Positions 17,837 to 27,888 of a DNA stretch of 32,212 nucleotides are shown piece by piece. The DNA is taken from the NCBI GenBank assembly GCA_052055015.1, contig JBQJIT010000086.1; one strand, given 5' to 3'. Within the stretch, counting starts at the first letter, position 1. Every line of letters starts with the position of its first letter. Both the position numbers and the translations under genes were made by a program. Source of the stretch: Malassezia furfur (taxonomy: Eukaryota). The notes under the pieces were generated by a model. It saw only the letters and a program-made list of their open reading frames with translations. It was not told the origin of the DNA and made no database searches.

Positions 17837-18146
17837 CAATTATTTTCTACATATTACTATGTAGTTTAGACTATATCATCAATAACTATTAATAATCTAT
17901 CTAATTAATTAAAAATAATTATCGTTGGGCGCTCTAACTTTAATCAAAATTATGATTAAAAGATGGAAAGATTATTGTTGATATTACTCACTTTCTAGTC
18001 GTTGAGCCTTCTTAGTACACTATTATACATTAACTAATATAATATATATCTTCCTAAGCTTGGCTGCGGATTGTCTTTGTAATGGGTTAATTCACAAAGA
18101 GTTTCCCGCATTTCACCCAATTTATACTCGACTATGACTCACGTTA
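17837..18146 (-). mobile_element. rnl intron 2, 310-nt ORF-less group I intron (about E. coli L2504)
   Basis: Interrupts CACCTCGAT|GTCGACTCATC; ends in G. Confidence 0.88.
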
Positions 18147-18201
18147 ATCGAGGTGTCAAACCGTTTGGACAATATGAACTCTTGCAAACGATAAACCTGT
18201 T

Positions 18202-18565
18202 CAAGTTTATTTTTGTTAATCTACATATTACTATGCAGTTCAGACTATGTCATCACTTAATAAATTAACATTAAGTGTTGGGCGCTCTTTTTATCTAATT
18301 CTCAAAGAATTAGATAAATATTTTACAATTTATTCATTGTAAAACGGAGAAATTATTGTTAGTGCTACTCATTCTCTAGTCGTTGAACGTTTTACTATCT
18401 TTAAAATACACTGATAGTAACTTCGTTGCAAATTGTCTTAATATGAATTAACAGATTAATAAATCTATTAATGCAAGAGTTATATATTAAGATATCTTTG
18501 CATTTTACCCAATTTTGATTAGATATTCATTAGTATTGATAAATATCAACTAGGGACAACAGTTC
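18202..18565 (-). mobile_element. rnl intron 1, 364-nt ORF-less group I intron (L2449, the yeast omega site)
   Basis: Interrupts CTAGGGAT|AACAGG; internal guide CTGTTGTCCCTAG is complementary to both exon flanks. Confidence 0.9.
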
Positions 18566-21119
18566 ATCCCTAGCGTAACTTTTATTTCTTGAGCGATGAT
18601 CATTCCATTATGAATCACCGGATCACTATGTCCTACTTGCGTAGCTGATCGACCTATCAGTCTTTCAGTCAAGCATATTTTATCATTACACTTTGATGAG
18701 CGTATAGATGCTCATTGGTTTCTGACCAATATAAATATACCTTTGAAGGCCTCTGATACTTTCTTAGAGGCTACCGCCCCAGTAAAACTGACCCTCTGAT
18801 ACTGTCTCTATATTGCTATAAATTAGTTCCTAATTAAGATCTATCAAGGTATTTCACTGGCGTTTACACTCCCTTGTATTCTACACTAGATCTAATCAAG
18901 AACAATATCAAATTACAGTAAAGCTGCATAGGGTCTTCGCGTCCTCCGGAAGGCAAACCGCATCTGCACGGCTAATTCAATTTCACTGAGGAGCTAGTGG
19001 AGACAGCAGGGCCGCGTTACCTCATTCATGCAGGACCACATTTAATGGCCAAGGAATTTCGCTACTTTCAGATCCTTATGGTTAAGACCGTCATTGACCA
19101 CCGCATCAGTTAGTGACAATTAGCTAACGCTAAAATCACCTCCCTTACACGGATTGGCATTGGACAGAGTTCACAACTTATACAAGTACTTCTAGTCTTA
19201 GCAAGTTGCTGTGTTTTTAGTAAACAGTCGAAGCCCCCACTTTTATGCTAAGTGTATATGGTATATATACACTCCTTCCTTATCGTCGAACTTACGGAAG
19301 CATTTTGCCGAGTTCCTTCACTAGCCTTATCTCTACGCCTTAGTATACTCTACCTACGAACCTGTGTCGGTTTAAGGTACGGATATAATATAATTAAAAG
19401 AATATTTTTCTTGTTCCTTACTAAGATTTCAGGAATAGTATTCTTCTATTTCATCGGGTAACAACAATTCGTATATTACACCTTAGAATCCGTTTAAATC
19501 ATGACAGATTACCTTTTTCATGAAAACCTTTCGTATTCGGCGAGAAGTATTATAACTTCTTAATCGTTACTCATGCCAGCATTCTCTCTTTAGTAGAGTC
19601 CAAATATTCTTAGGAATATTCTTCAACCTAACTACTAAGTGTTCTGCTACCTTATTAAGAATTAAATAATAATCTAATTAATTCATTAATATCATAATTT
19701 AGGTTTAATATCTAGACCCGATAAATCTTCGATGCTTTGTGTCCAGAAAATCGACTATTGAGTTGTTACACTTTCATTAAAAGATAGCTACTTCCAAGCT
19801 TACTTCATAGCTGTCTTGAACACAAAACTCTCTTATTTTCACTTAATATTATTTAGGGCACCTTAATATATGATCTGGGCTGTTTCCCTTTTGTCTATTT
19901 ACCTTATCACAAATAGACTGTCAGTATATGACCGATAGTATCTCCTTCTGAGGTTAACTTCCAATAGTAGAGTTTATAACCCCCTAATTTATTCTATGTG
20001 CAACCTAATAGGTTACGAGAAATGGAAATCAGTGCTATACAGAAATATATCTACATATACTTTCTACTAAAATAGATTTCGCAGAATATCAGCTATCACC
20101 AGATTAGATTGGCATTTCACCCCTTTTCACAACTCATCGCAGAATACTGCAACATTCATACGTTCGGTCCTTTTAAACCTGGTCATAAAAAGATCATCTG
20201 GTTTCGGATCTAATTCTCAATACTCTACCCATATATTCTTTATCTTTAAATAAAGAAAACATAGACGTTTTCACTAGGACTTATTAGTCTTGCATTGAAA
20301 ATTAACTTGCTGACCCATTATGCAAAAGGTACGTTATCATCTAATTCTATTAGACTCTAACTGCTTGTAGGATTCGTAATTCAAGATCTCTTTCACTAGT
20401 CATACACTTACTTTTCACCTTTCACTCACGTTACTCTTCACTATCGCTAGATATATTATACTTAGCCTTTGAGAATGGTATCCCATTATCTAATTTCTTA
20501 GATATTATAAATTCATACAGAGCAGCCGTCTCCATATTACTTTATTTAATTCCTCATCTATTCATTGAACTAAAAAACTATCACCGGACTATCACCGTCT
20601 TTGGTAACTGTGAATATACACAGCATAATATTGAATTCCACAATATTAATGAGTCCATTGGAACAGAATAGACAAAAGAATAAGGCTCATTCTGTTTCAC
20701 TCACCATTACTCCAGAAGTCTCGTTTGATTTCCTTTCCTATTGGTACTTAAATGTTTTAATTCCCAACGTATTTTATTATATTGGTTTTCCTTAGGATTG
20801 TTAAAGTATTCAAATTATTCACTTCAACTTTTTATAAATATATCCTTTAAAATATATCTGCTAGGTATCCTTACGAATCCCTTTTATTACTTAATTGTAT
20901 ACTCCATATTGTTTATGATGCCTATATGATACAAATAAAATATAAATAAAAATACTAATTAAAATCAAATTGAATTCCATTTTCTATTTTCAAATACGAG
21001 CATACGAGTATACGATTATACGAGTAATAAATACTGATAAAATATTAAGTAAGATCAAGATCTAGATCAATGTCAAAGATTAAGATTAAGATCAAAAACT
21101 ATTACAAAGGTATATTTTC

Positions 21120-21203
21120 AAAACTCTTCTTTGGCTAAGCCTTTGGCTTGCTGATAATTACAGAATTTCCAATGAAATTCTGTAAAAATAAAGTTTTATC
21201 AGC
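21120..21203 (+). repeat. Variant copy of the double-hairpin element
   Basis: Shares AAAACTCTTCTT and TTACAGAATT...AATTCTGTAAAAATAAA; first hairpin replaced by AAGCC-ttt-GGCTT; extra outer stem TTGCTGATAA/TTATCAGCAA. Confidence 0.75.
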
Positions 21204-21453
21204 AATAGTCCTTGCTCTACTAAATTCATCCATTTATTTATATTATTATTAATCTTATTGTTCATTTTTATATGCTCTCTTTATTTTTAAATAAATTATA
21301 CGAATACAAATTTTATTGATTACAATTACATACAGAATATAGATATTCTAGATAACATGTAAAATATACATATTTTAGATAATCATATCATTATTATTAA
21401 TGCTAAGGCTATAGGTAATATAATGTAATCTTATGTATTAATATTAATATATT

Positions 21454-21524
21454 GCTAGTATAGTTTAATGGTAGAATTAGGTACTTCCAATACCCAGGTT
21501 TCGGTTCAATTCCGAATACTAGTA
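21454..21524 (+). tRNA. trnG: tRNA-Gly(TCC)
   Basis: Anticodon loop CTTCCAA with stem GGTA/TACC; acceptor GCTAGTA/TACTAGT. Confidence 0.88.
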
Positions 21525-21653
21525 TTATTCATTATTTATTATTTATTATTTCATATTTAACTAGAAATAAAACAGAAATAAAACAGCTAAATTGAATATA
21601 TTTAATATATGATATTAGTTAATATAATATAGAATATTGTTTGTTAATAAGTT

Positions 21654-23285
21654 ATGCTATCTATTGGTCTAATTTCATATATTCTAGCTGTTCCTATTTT
21701 CTCCAACCGGATTCCTGCTACAGTATTTAGTCGACTTACATCTATTGTTCTTATGTTCTCGGCGGTACTAACATGGAATAGTCTATACTATTATCCACTT
21801 TCTAATGGTGGTATTAGTCTATTTAGTGGTCTATTCCACGTTAATATTATTACTCTAGGTTTCCAACTTCTTCTTCTTGTTATTGGTTCTCTTCTACTAT
21901 TTGGTTGGGGTCCAGTTACAAAAACAATCCTTCCAGCTGCTAATTCATCAATTGAACGATCAGTTAAAATTAATTCTAACTTTATTACAACTAATACAAT
22001 TGGTGAATATAGTCTTATTGTATTCTTCTCAATTCTGGGTGGTTGTCTACTTATTTCTAGTTATAATTTTGTATCAATGTACATGGCTATTGAACTTCAA
22101 AGTTTTGCTGCTTATATTCTATGTACACTATACCGACACTCACAATCTGCTACATCTGCCGGACTTAAATACTTCCTACTTGGTAGTCTTGCTTCTGGTA
22201 TTATTGTACTTGGTACTGCTGTTATTTATGCTGGTACTGGTATTACTAATTATGAAGATCTAGCTGCTCTTATTAGTGTTGGTAACTTCGATCAAACTGA
22301 TTATAATTATGTAACTACATGTGTAGCTGGTGGTATCCTACTTATTGGTATTGGTTATATCTTCAAAGTAGGTGCTGCACCACTATATAATTGGTCTCCT
22401 GATGTATATGATGGTGTTCCAACAATCATTACATCATGGGTAAGTACAGTACCTAAAATTGGTATCTTTGTATTCCTACTTAACCTAAGTTTCATCGCTA
22501 CTGGTTATGATCTAAGCTGGTCAGAATCTGTTTCTCTAAGTAATCTTTATACTATTTATGCTCAACCATTCCAAACACTACTACTTGTAAGTTCAACACT
22601 AAGTCTAATTATCGGTGGTATTGTTGGACTATCACAAGTACGAATTAAACGACTACTTACATTCTCAACAATTAATCATATTGGATTCCTACTACTTGCT
22701 CTAGCAGTAAGTACAGAAGGATCAATTGAAGCATTTGCATTCTATCTAATTCAATATACAATGACAAATGTTAATACATTTATGACACTACTAGCATTTG
22801 GATATGCTTCAAAAGGAATTCTAACATCAGGTAAAAATACTAATGTACGAGAATTCGGACTACTAGATGATCTTAAAGGTCAATTCTATCAAAACCCTCT
22901 ACTAGCTATTAGTTTTGGTATTAGTCTATTCTCAATGGCAGGTATTCCACCTCTAATTGGATTCTTCGCAAAACAAATGGTACTTACATCTGTATCATAC
23001 AATTACTCTTACATTGCTATTATTGCAATCCTAACAAGTGTAATTAGTGCAAGTTATTATCTAAAAATTGTACAACTAATGTTCTTCAATAAAACATCTG
23101 ATGAAAAATATGTACCTGCTGTAATGAAAGAAGGTGAATCAGCAAATACTGATACACCAACAATTACAACAATGCATAGTACAGTTATTGCAGTAATTAC
23201 AATGATCATTAGTCTATATCTATTTGATCCATCAATCCTACTAAATGCATGTCATCTACTAAGTCTAAGTCTATTTACAGTATAG
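21654..23285 (+). CDS. nad2: NADH dehydrogenase subunit 2
   Basis: AIELQSFAAY, AGLKYFLLG, FKVGAAPLYNWSPDVYDGVP, FSMAGIPPLIGFFAK. Confidence 0.99.
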   Translation: MLSIGLISYILAVPIFSNRIPATVFSRLTSIVLMFSAVLTWNSLYYYPLSNGGISLFSGLFHVNIITLGFQLLLLVIGSLLLFGWGPVTKTILPAANSSIERSVKINSNFITTNTIGEYSLIVFFSILGGCLLISSYNFVSMYMAIELQSFAAYILCTLYRHSQSATSAGLKYFLLGSLASGIIVLGTAVIYAGTGITNYEDLAALISVGNFDQTDYNYVTTCVAGGILLIGIGYIFKVGAAPLYNWSPDVYDGVPTIITSWVSTVPKIGIFVFLLNLSFIATGYDLSWSESVSLSNLYTIYAQPFQTLLLVSSTLSLIIGGIVGLSQVRIKRLLTFSTINHIGFLLLALAVSTEGSIEAFAFYLIQYTMTNVNTFMTLLAFGYASKGILTSGKNTNVREFGLLDDLKGQFYQNPLLAISFGISLFSMAGIPPLIGFFAKQMVLTSVSYNYSYIAIIAILTSVISASYYLKIVQLMFFNKTSDEKYVPAVMKEGESANTDTPTITTMHSTVIAVITMIISLYLFDPSILLNACHLLSLSLFTV

Positions 23286-23334
23286 TAATTTAGATTATAG
23301 TATGCATGAATAAATGATTTAATTAATAAATAAA

Positions 23335-23721
23335 ATGAATTCAGTAACAATTTATCTAATTCTGGTACCAATTATTGGATTTGTACTACTATTTGCTAAT
23401 ATTCTACTAGCAAAACATGTACCATATGCTGAGAAAGTAACATCATATGAGTGTGGTTTCTCACCAATTTATGGTCAAAACCGATCACCATTTACTATCC
23501 AATTCTATCTAGTTGGTATTCTATTCCTAATCTTTGATGTAGAAATCTTTATGACAATGCCATATGCACTAACAGTTACAGAAACAGGAAATTATGGTTT
23601 CTGGATTATTATGGTATTCTTTGGAATTCTAACACTAGGATTTGTATTTGAGTATTCAAGTAAAGCACTATACTTTAGTGGAATTAAAACAAACCCAACT
23701 AAAGATCAAGATGATGAATAA
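23335..23721 (+). CDS. nad3: NADH dehydrogenase subunit 3
   Basis: [25 protein letters not shown]. Confidence 0.99.
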   Translation: MNSVTIYLILVPIIGFVLLFANILLAKHVPYAEKVTSYECGFSPIYGQNRSPFTIQFYLVGILFLIFDVEIFMTMPYALTVTETGNYGFWIIMVFFGILTLGFVFEYSSKALYFSGIKTNPTKDQDDE

Positions 23722-24163
23722 TTTATCATAGAATAAATAATCATCCCCTTTTTAATTTTTCGTTTTTTAAAAAGATTAAAGAAATCAATTTAGAAGAACA
23801 AGAATCAAAAGGATAAAATAAATCAGAATTAAATTGCCTAGGGTTATTTTATAAGAAGAGTTTTAATTTTAACCCTTTGGCTATTTATTCCATTCTATCC
23901 TATTCTATTCTATCTTATCTTAAAATATCCCATTTAAATTACCTAACACTAAACCAAATAAATATAATAATTTATAGGCCATTGACAGTAATGAAATTCT
24001 AATAAAATTTAATATAATTCATATTTGGATTATTTGTTTATTTATTAGTTATATTACTCATCCTAGTAATGAAATTATTATTTCATTGATAATAATTCAA
24101 TTTTATACTTTTATTATATTGAATATACACATTGAATTATTTTATATAATATATTTAATTCTG

Positions 24164-25012
24164 ATGCAAAACAACAACATTCTAACACAACTTCAGGCTC
24201 AACGACCTAAATTCCAATACCATCCATACCACATGGTTACTGTTAGTCCATGGCCACTATTTGTATCATTCTCACTACTTATCCTTACTTCTGGTGCAGT
24301 TTCATACTTTAATGGTTATACTAGTCCATTTGGTGATTCAGGTATTGTTCTTGTTATCCTTGGTCTAATTTCTACAACACTTTCTGCTGGACTTTGGTTC
24401 CGAGATATTGTTATTGAAGGTACTTTCCTTGGTGACCATACATTCAAAGTTCAAAAAGGACTTACAATTGGTATGGCTCTATTTATCCTTACAGAAGTAA
24501 TGCTATTTATTTCTGTATTCTGGGCTCTATTCAACTCATGTCTATCTCCTGATATTGAACTTGGTGGACAATGGCCTCCAATGGGTATCGATGCTATTAA
24601 TCCTTTCGAACTTCCTCTTCTTAATACTATCCTTCTTCTTTCATCTGGTGCTACTGTTACATACTCACACCATGCTCTTCTTAATAAAAACCGAGCTGGT
24701 GCTATCTCTGGACTATTCCTAACTATTATCCTTGCTACAGTATTTACTTACTGCCAAGGTATTGAGTACATGAATGCTCCATTCAGTATCTCAGATGGTG
24801 TATACGGATCTACATTCTTCCTATCTACTGGACTACATGGTTTCCACGTTATCGTTGGTACACTTATGCTTGCTGTTAGTCTTGTACGACTAATCCAATA
24901 CCACTTTACAAATACTCATCACATCGGTTACGAATCTGCTATTCTTTACTGGCACTTCGTAGACGTTGTATGGCTATTCCTATTCGTAAGTGTATACTGG
25001 TTCGGTAGCTAA
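24164..25012 (+). CDS. cox3: Cytochrome c oxidase subunit 3 (first ATG at 24164, 282 aa)
   Basis: HPYHMVTVSPWP, PLLNTILLLSSGAT, TGLHGFHV, YWHFVDVVWLFLF. Confidence 0.97.
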   Translation: MQNNNILTQLQAQRPKFQYHPYHMVTVSPWPLFVSFSLLILTSGAVSYFNGYTSPFGDSGIVLVILGLISTTLSAGLWFRDIVIEGTFLGDHTFKVQKGLTIGMALFILTEVMLFISVFWALFNSCLSPDIELGGQWPPMGIDAINPFELPLLNTILLLSSGATVTYSHHALLNKNRAGAISGLFLTIILATVFTYCQGIEYMNAPFSISDGVYGSTFFLSTGLHGFHVIVGTLMLAVSLVRLIQYHFTNTHHIGYESAILYWHFVDVVWLFLFVSVYWFGS

Positions 25013-25143
25013 TTTATCCCCTTATTATTTATCTTAATAATATAAAACTATATTCTGATTCTTTTGAACAAAATCTTATTATTTTAATTTTAATATTATT
25101 CTTTTTGAATATTGCATAAAATATTTTCTATTTCTTATTTATT

Positions 25144-25794
25144 ATGAATACTTTTCTTATTGATTTCCTTACTCTAGGTGCTATTTTCTCTGCTATCCTA
25201 GTTGTTACATCTAAAAATCCAGTAATGTCTACTCTATTCCTGATCTCTCTATTTATGAATGTTTCAGGTTATCTTGTACTTATTGGACTTGGATTCCTTG
25301 GTATCTCATATCTTATTATTTATATCGGTGCTATTGTTATTCTGTTCCTATTTGTTGTTATGATGCTAAATCTACAACTTGCTGAACTTAATGCTATGGC
25401 ATCTGAATATACTCAAAATCTTCCACTTGGTGGTATCTTTGTATTCCTACTATTCATTGAGCTATATACTATTTTCCCATTTAGTTCAAATGCTGAATAC
25501 AAATCTCTTAACCCATTTAAGATCTTCCCTGATATTCAAGTTGGAATCCTTAACTCTATTAATTCTATTGTTGAATCTCTAGGATACCCAGCAGTATCAA
25601 ATAGTACAGATGTATATCTTACATTTAATAATAATACTCCTGATGTAATGTTCTCTAGTCTACTAGATGTTCAATCTATTGGATTCACACTATATACATT
25701 CGCATCAGTTTGGCTATTCGTAGCTAGTCTTATCCTACTACTTGCTATGATTGGTCCAATCGTACTAACACTTAAAGTACGACAATCTGTATAA
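25144..25794 (+). CDS. nad6: NADH dehydrogenase subunit 6
   Basis: SKNPV.S.LFLI, YIGAIVILFLFVVMM, LLLAMIGPI. Confidence 0.98.
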   Translation: MNTFLIDFLTLGAIFSAILVVTSKNPVMSTLFLISLFMNVSGYLVLIGLGFLGISYLIIYIGAIVILFLFVVMMLNLQLAELNAMASEYTQNLPLGGIFVFLLFIELYTIFPFSSNAEYKSLNPFKIFPDIQVGILNSINSIVESLGYPAVSNSTDVYLTFNNNTPDVMFSSLLDVQSIGFTLYTFASVWLFVASLILLLAMIGPIVLTLKVRQSV

Positions 25795-25887
25795 AAAATT
25801 CCCCTTTACTCACATAGTAATAATAAAATTACTCTATTTTATCTCATCTTAATTAATTATATCTTAATCTTACTCTTAATTCTTTAT

Positions 25888-25960
25888 GAATTGTGACTCA
25901 GATGGCTACTGAAAAAGAATTGCAAATTCTTTCATTAGGGTTCAATTCCCTCACAATTCT
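25888..25960 (+). tRNA. trnC: tRNA-Cys(GCA)
   Basis: Anticodon arm AAGAA-TTGCAAA-TTCTT. Confidence 0.9.
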
Positions 25961-26125
25961 ATCTTCTTATTCTATAAGTAATTGTTATTTTAACTCATAA
26001 TTTATTATTTCTTTAATCTATCTATTTATTCATTTATCTATTCTTCATTAAGATTAATATAATAGGTAAATTAATTTAAGTATAATATAATTAATTAATA
26101 TTATTAACATAATCAATATATTCAA

Positions 26126-26197
26126 AAGAGCATAGTATAATTGGTAGTACAGTGATCTCCAAAATCACTAGTGTTGGATCGTTCCCAGCTGCTCTTG
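26126..26197 (+). tRNA. trnW: tRNA-Trp(CCA)
   Basis: Anticodon arm GTGAT-CTCCAAA-ATCAC; acceptor AAGAGCA/TGCTCTT. Confidence 0.93.
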
Positions 26198-26236
26198 ATA
26201 TTGATATCCATATCTTTTTCTATTTTATTTTATTCA

Positions 26237-27016
26237 ATGTTTTCAACTAAAACTCTATTTAAACAAACTAAACTTCTTACAATTCTACAGAATAATCTTA
26301 TCCAAAATAATCATAGTTTCTCTAAAAATAATGATTATTCTAATCAACAACTTATGAAAGTTGCTAATCATCTAATTAAAACATTCTTTGATAATCATTA
26401 TCCTAATGTTCTTATTAGTAATCCAGTATTTGATAATGGTATTAACAAAAATACTATCCATCTATTTTATTATGGTGTTAATAATAATAATAAAGATAAA
26501 TCTAAATCATCTAATCCAATTATTAATACTAATGATATTCTACCACTATCTGATGCTCTTGCACTACTATTTGAAAAGGAGATTAATATTAAACTAACTC
26601 GAGTACATTATCCATACATGAACAGTATGATTCTTGCTCAATATCTTCTTAAAAATGCATCTACAAATACATTCCTTCATTTCTCTGAATCAATTCTTAC
26701 ATATCCTAGTCTATCTCCAGATACTTACGGTAATATTAATGATGAGAATTCATTTATTCTACCTTCATATATTACAGGTATTCGTCTTGAACTATCTGGT
26801 CGACTTATGACTGAACAACAAATTCCACGAGTAACTAAGAAATCATCACGAATTTCTAATCCTAATGTTAATAGTGGATCATCACTTAATGATGCAGGAG
26901 TAAGTAGTGAATCAATGAATAATGTTCTAGTAGATTATGCTAAATTTACATCAAAGAATGAACTAGGTAGCTTTACACTTAAAGTATGGATCAGTTCAAT
27001 TCAATGTGAGCTATAA
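26237..27016 (+). CDS. rps3: Mitochondrial ribosomal protein S3 (259 aa from ATG at 26237)
   Basis: Fungal Rps3 motifs ISNPVF, LTRVHYPYMNSMILAQY, GIRLELSGRL, SKNELGSFTLKVWI. Confidence 0.92.
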   Translation: MFSTKTLFKQTKLLTILQNNLIQNNHSFSKNNDYSNQQLMKVANHLIKTFFDNHYPNVLISNPVFDNGINKNTIHLFYYGVNNNNKDKSKSSNPIINTNDILPLSDALALLFEKEINIKLTRVHYPYMNSMILAQYLLKNASTNTFLHFSESILTYPSLSPDTYGNINDENSFILPSYITGIRLELSGRLMTEQQIPRVTKKSSRISNPNVNSGSSLNDAGVSSESMNNVLVDYAKFTSKNELGSFTLKVWISSIQCEL

Positions 27017-27193
27017 TAATAACAATATGGGCTATAATGATTAAATCATAATAATCCCCTTATGACTTTTATAAACAATACCAATAATAAATAGATTTTC
27101 TGCCCGAGGATTTAATAAGAAAATACCTATAATATTGACCATGCTTACTATTCTTATTTCTTATCTTTTTCCTTTTCTTATCTTATTTAAAAC

Positions 27194-27278
27194 CGGACGC
27201 GAGGAGATTCGAACTCCTGGTTCTGTTAAGAACTCCTAGACTCAAGCCAGGTACATTAAACCACTCTGTCACACATCC
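27194..27278 (-). tRNA. trnS: tRNA-Ser(TGA)
   Basis: Anticodon arm CCTGG-CTTGAGT-CTAGG, long variable arm. Confidence 0.92.
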
Positions 27279-27336
27279 TTGGTTAATTACATTTATTTTA
27301 AATCTATGTTTATATATTTATTATATTTATTTCATT

Positions 27337-27417
27337 TGCAGATGAGGGACTCGAACCCACAACGGTTTATACCAATGCTTTTACAGAGCACCTCTCATAC
27401 CAGTAGAGACTATCTGC
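27337..27417 (-). tRNA. trnY: tRNA-Tyr(GTA)
   Basis: Anticodon arm GTGCT-CTGTAAA-AGCAT, long variable arm. Confidence 0.92.
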
Positions 27418-27445
27418 ATATTCTTTTTTATACCTTTTAGAATCT

Positions 27446-27518
27446 TATCCCGACCATGACTCGAACATGGTTCTTAGAATCTTCAGTTCTACGCTTTAGC
27501 CACATAAGCTATCAGGAT
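27446..27518 (-). tRNA. trnF: tRNA-Phe(GAA)
   Basis: Anticodon arm TAGAA-CTGAAGA-TTCTA. Confidence 0.93.
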
Positions 27519-27598
27519 TATTATATATTTCATCTACTTTTATATCTCATTTATATATCACAAAAAAGATTACTTTATTAATATTTATTTATATTATC

Positions 27599-27672
27599 TG
27601 GAGACAGCCAGACTTGAACTGGCATCAGCTATCCTGCAAAGATACTATATTTACCAATTATACCATGTCCCC
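27599..27672 (-). tRNA. trnA: tRNA-Ala(TGC)
   Basis: Starts GGGG, anticodon loop TTTGCAG, G3:U70 pair. Confidence 0.92.
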
Positions 27673-27888
27673 TATTTAGTATTTATTATAACCAAATAAA
27701 ACCATTGCATTGAATTCCTATACTTTCAATTCATCCATATATTTAATATATCAATATACCTACATACCAACATACCAACATACCATCATTAAAAATATAT
27801 AATCATATATTTATTTTCTTTTATCTACTTTCATTTATTACTTTTTATTTTATAATTTGGATTTAAAAAGGGGAACTCCTTCAGTTCC

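Larger units (their letters stand above)
17380..20900 (-). rRNA. rnl: Mitochondrial large-subunit rRNA with two group I introns (ends approximate)
   Basis: Reverse strand has sarcin-ricin loop AGTACGAAAGGAC, PTC segments CTAGGGAT/AACAGG and CACCTCGAT/GTCGACTCATC, and GCGAAATTCCTTG. Confidence 0.95.

Noticed and set aside
17534..20929. Short ORFs 17534-17746, 19252-19461, 20601-20795 and 20741-20929
   Set aside because: Lie within rnl; no coding signal
21454..21524. Possible second tRNA-Trp (CCA within CTTCCAA)
   Set aside because: Stem pairing GGTA/TACC centres the 7-nt loop on TCC, so this is Gly
24086..24163. N-terminal extension of cox3
   Set aside because: TTG start and spacer-like codons; the first ATG at 24164 fits Cox3 length
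26171..26236. N-terminal extension of rps3
   Set aside because: Overlaps tRNA-Trp; the ATG at 26237 is the plausible start
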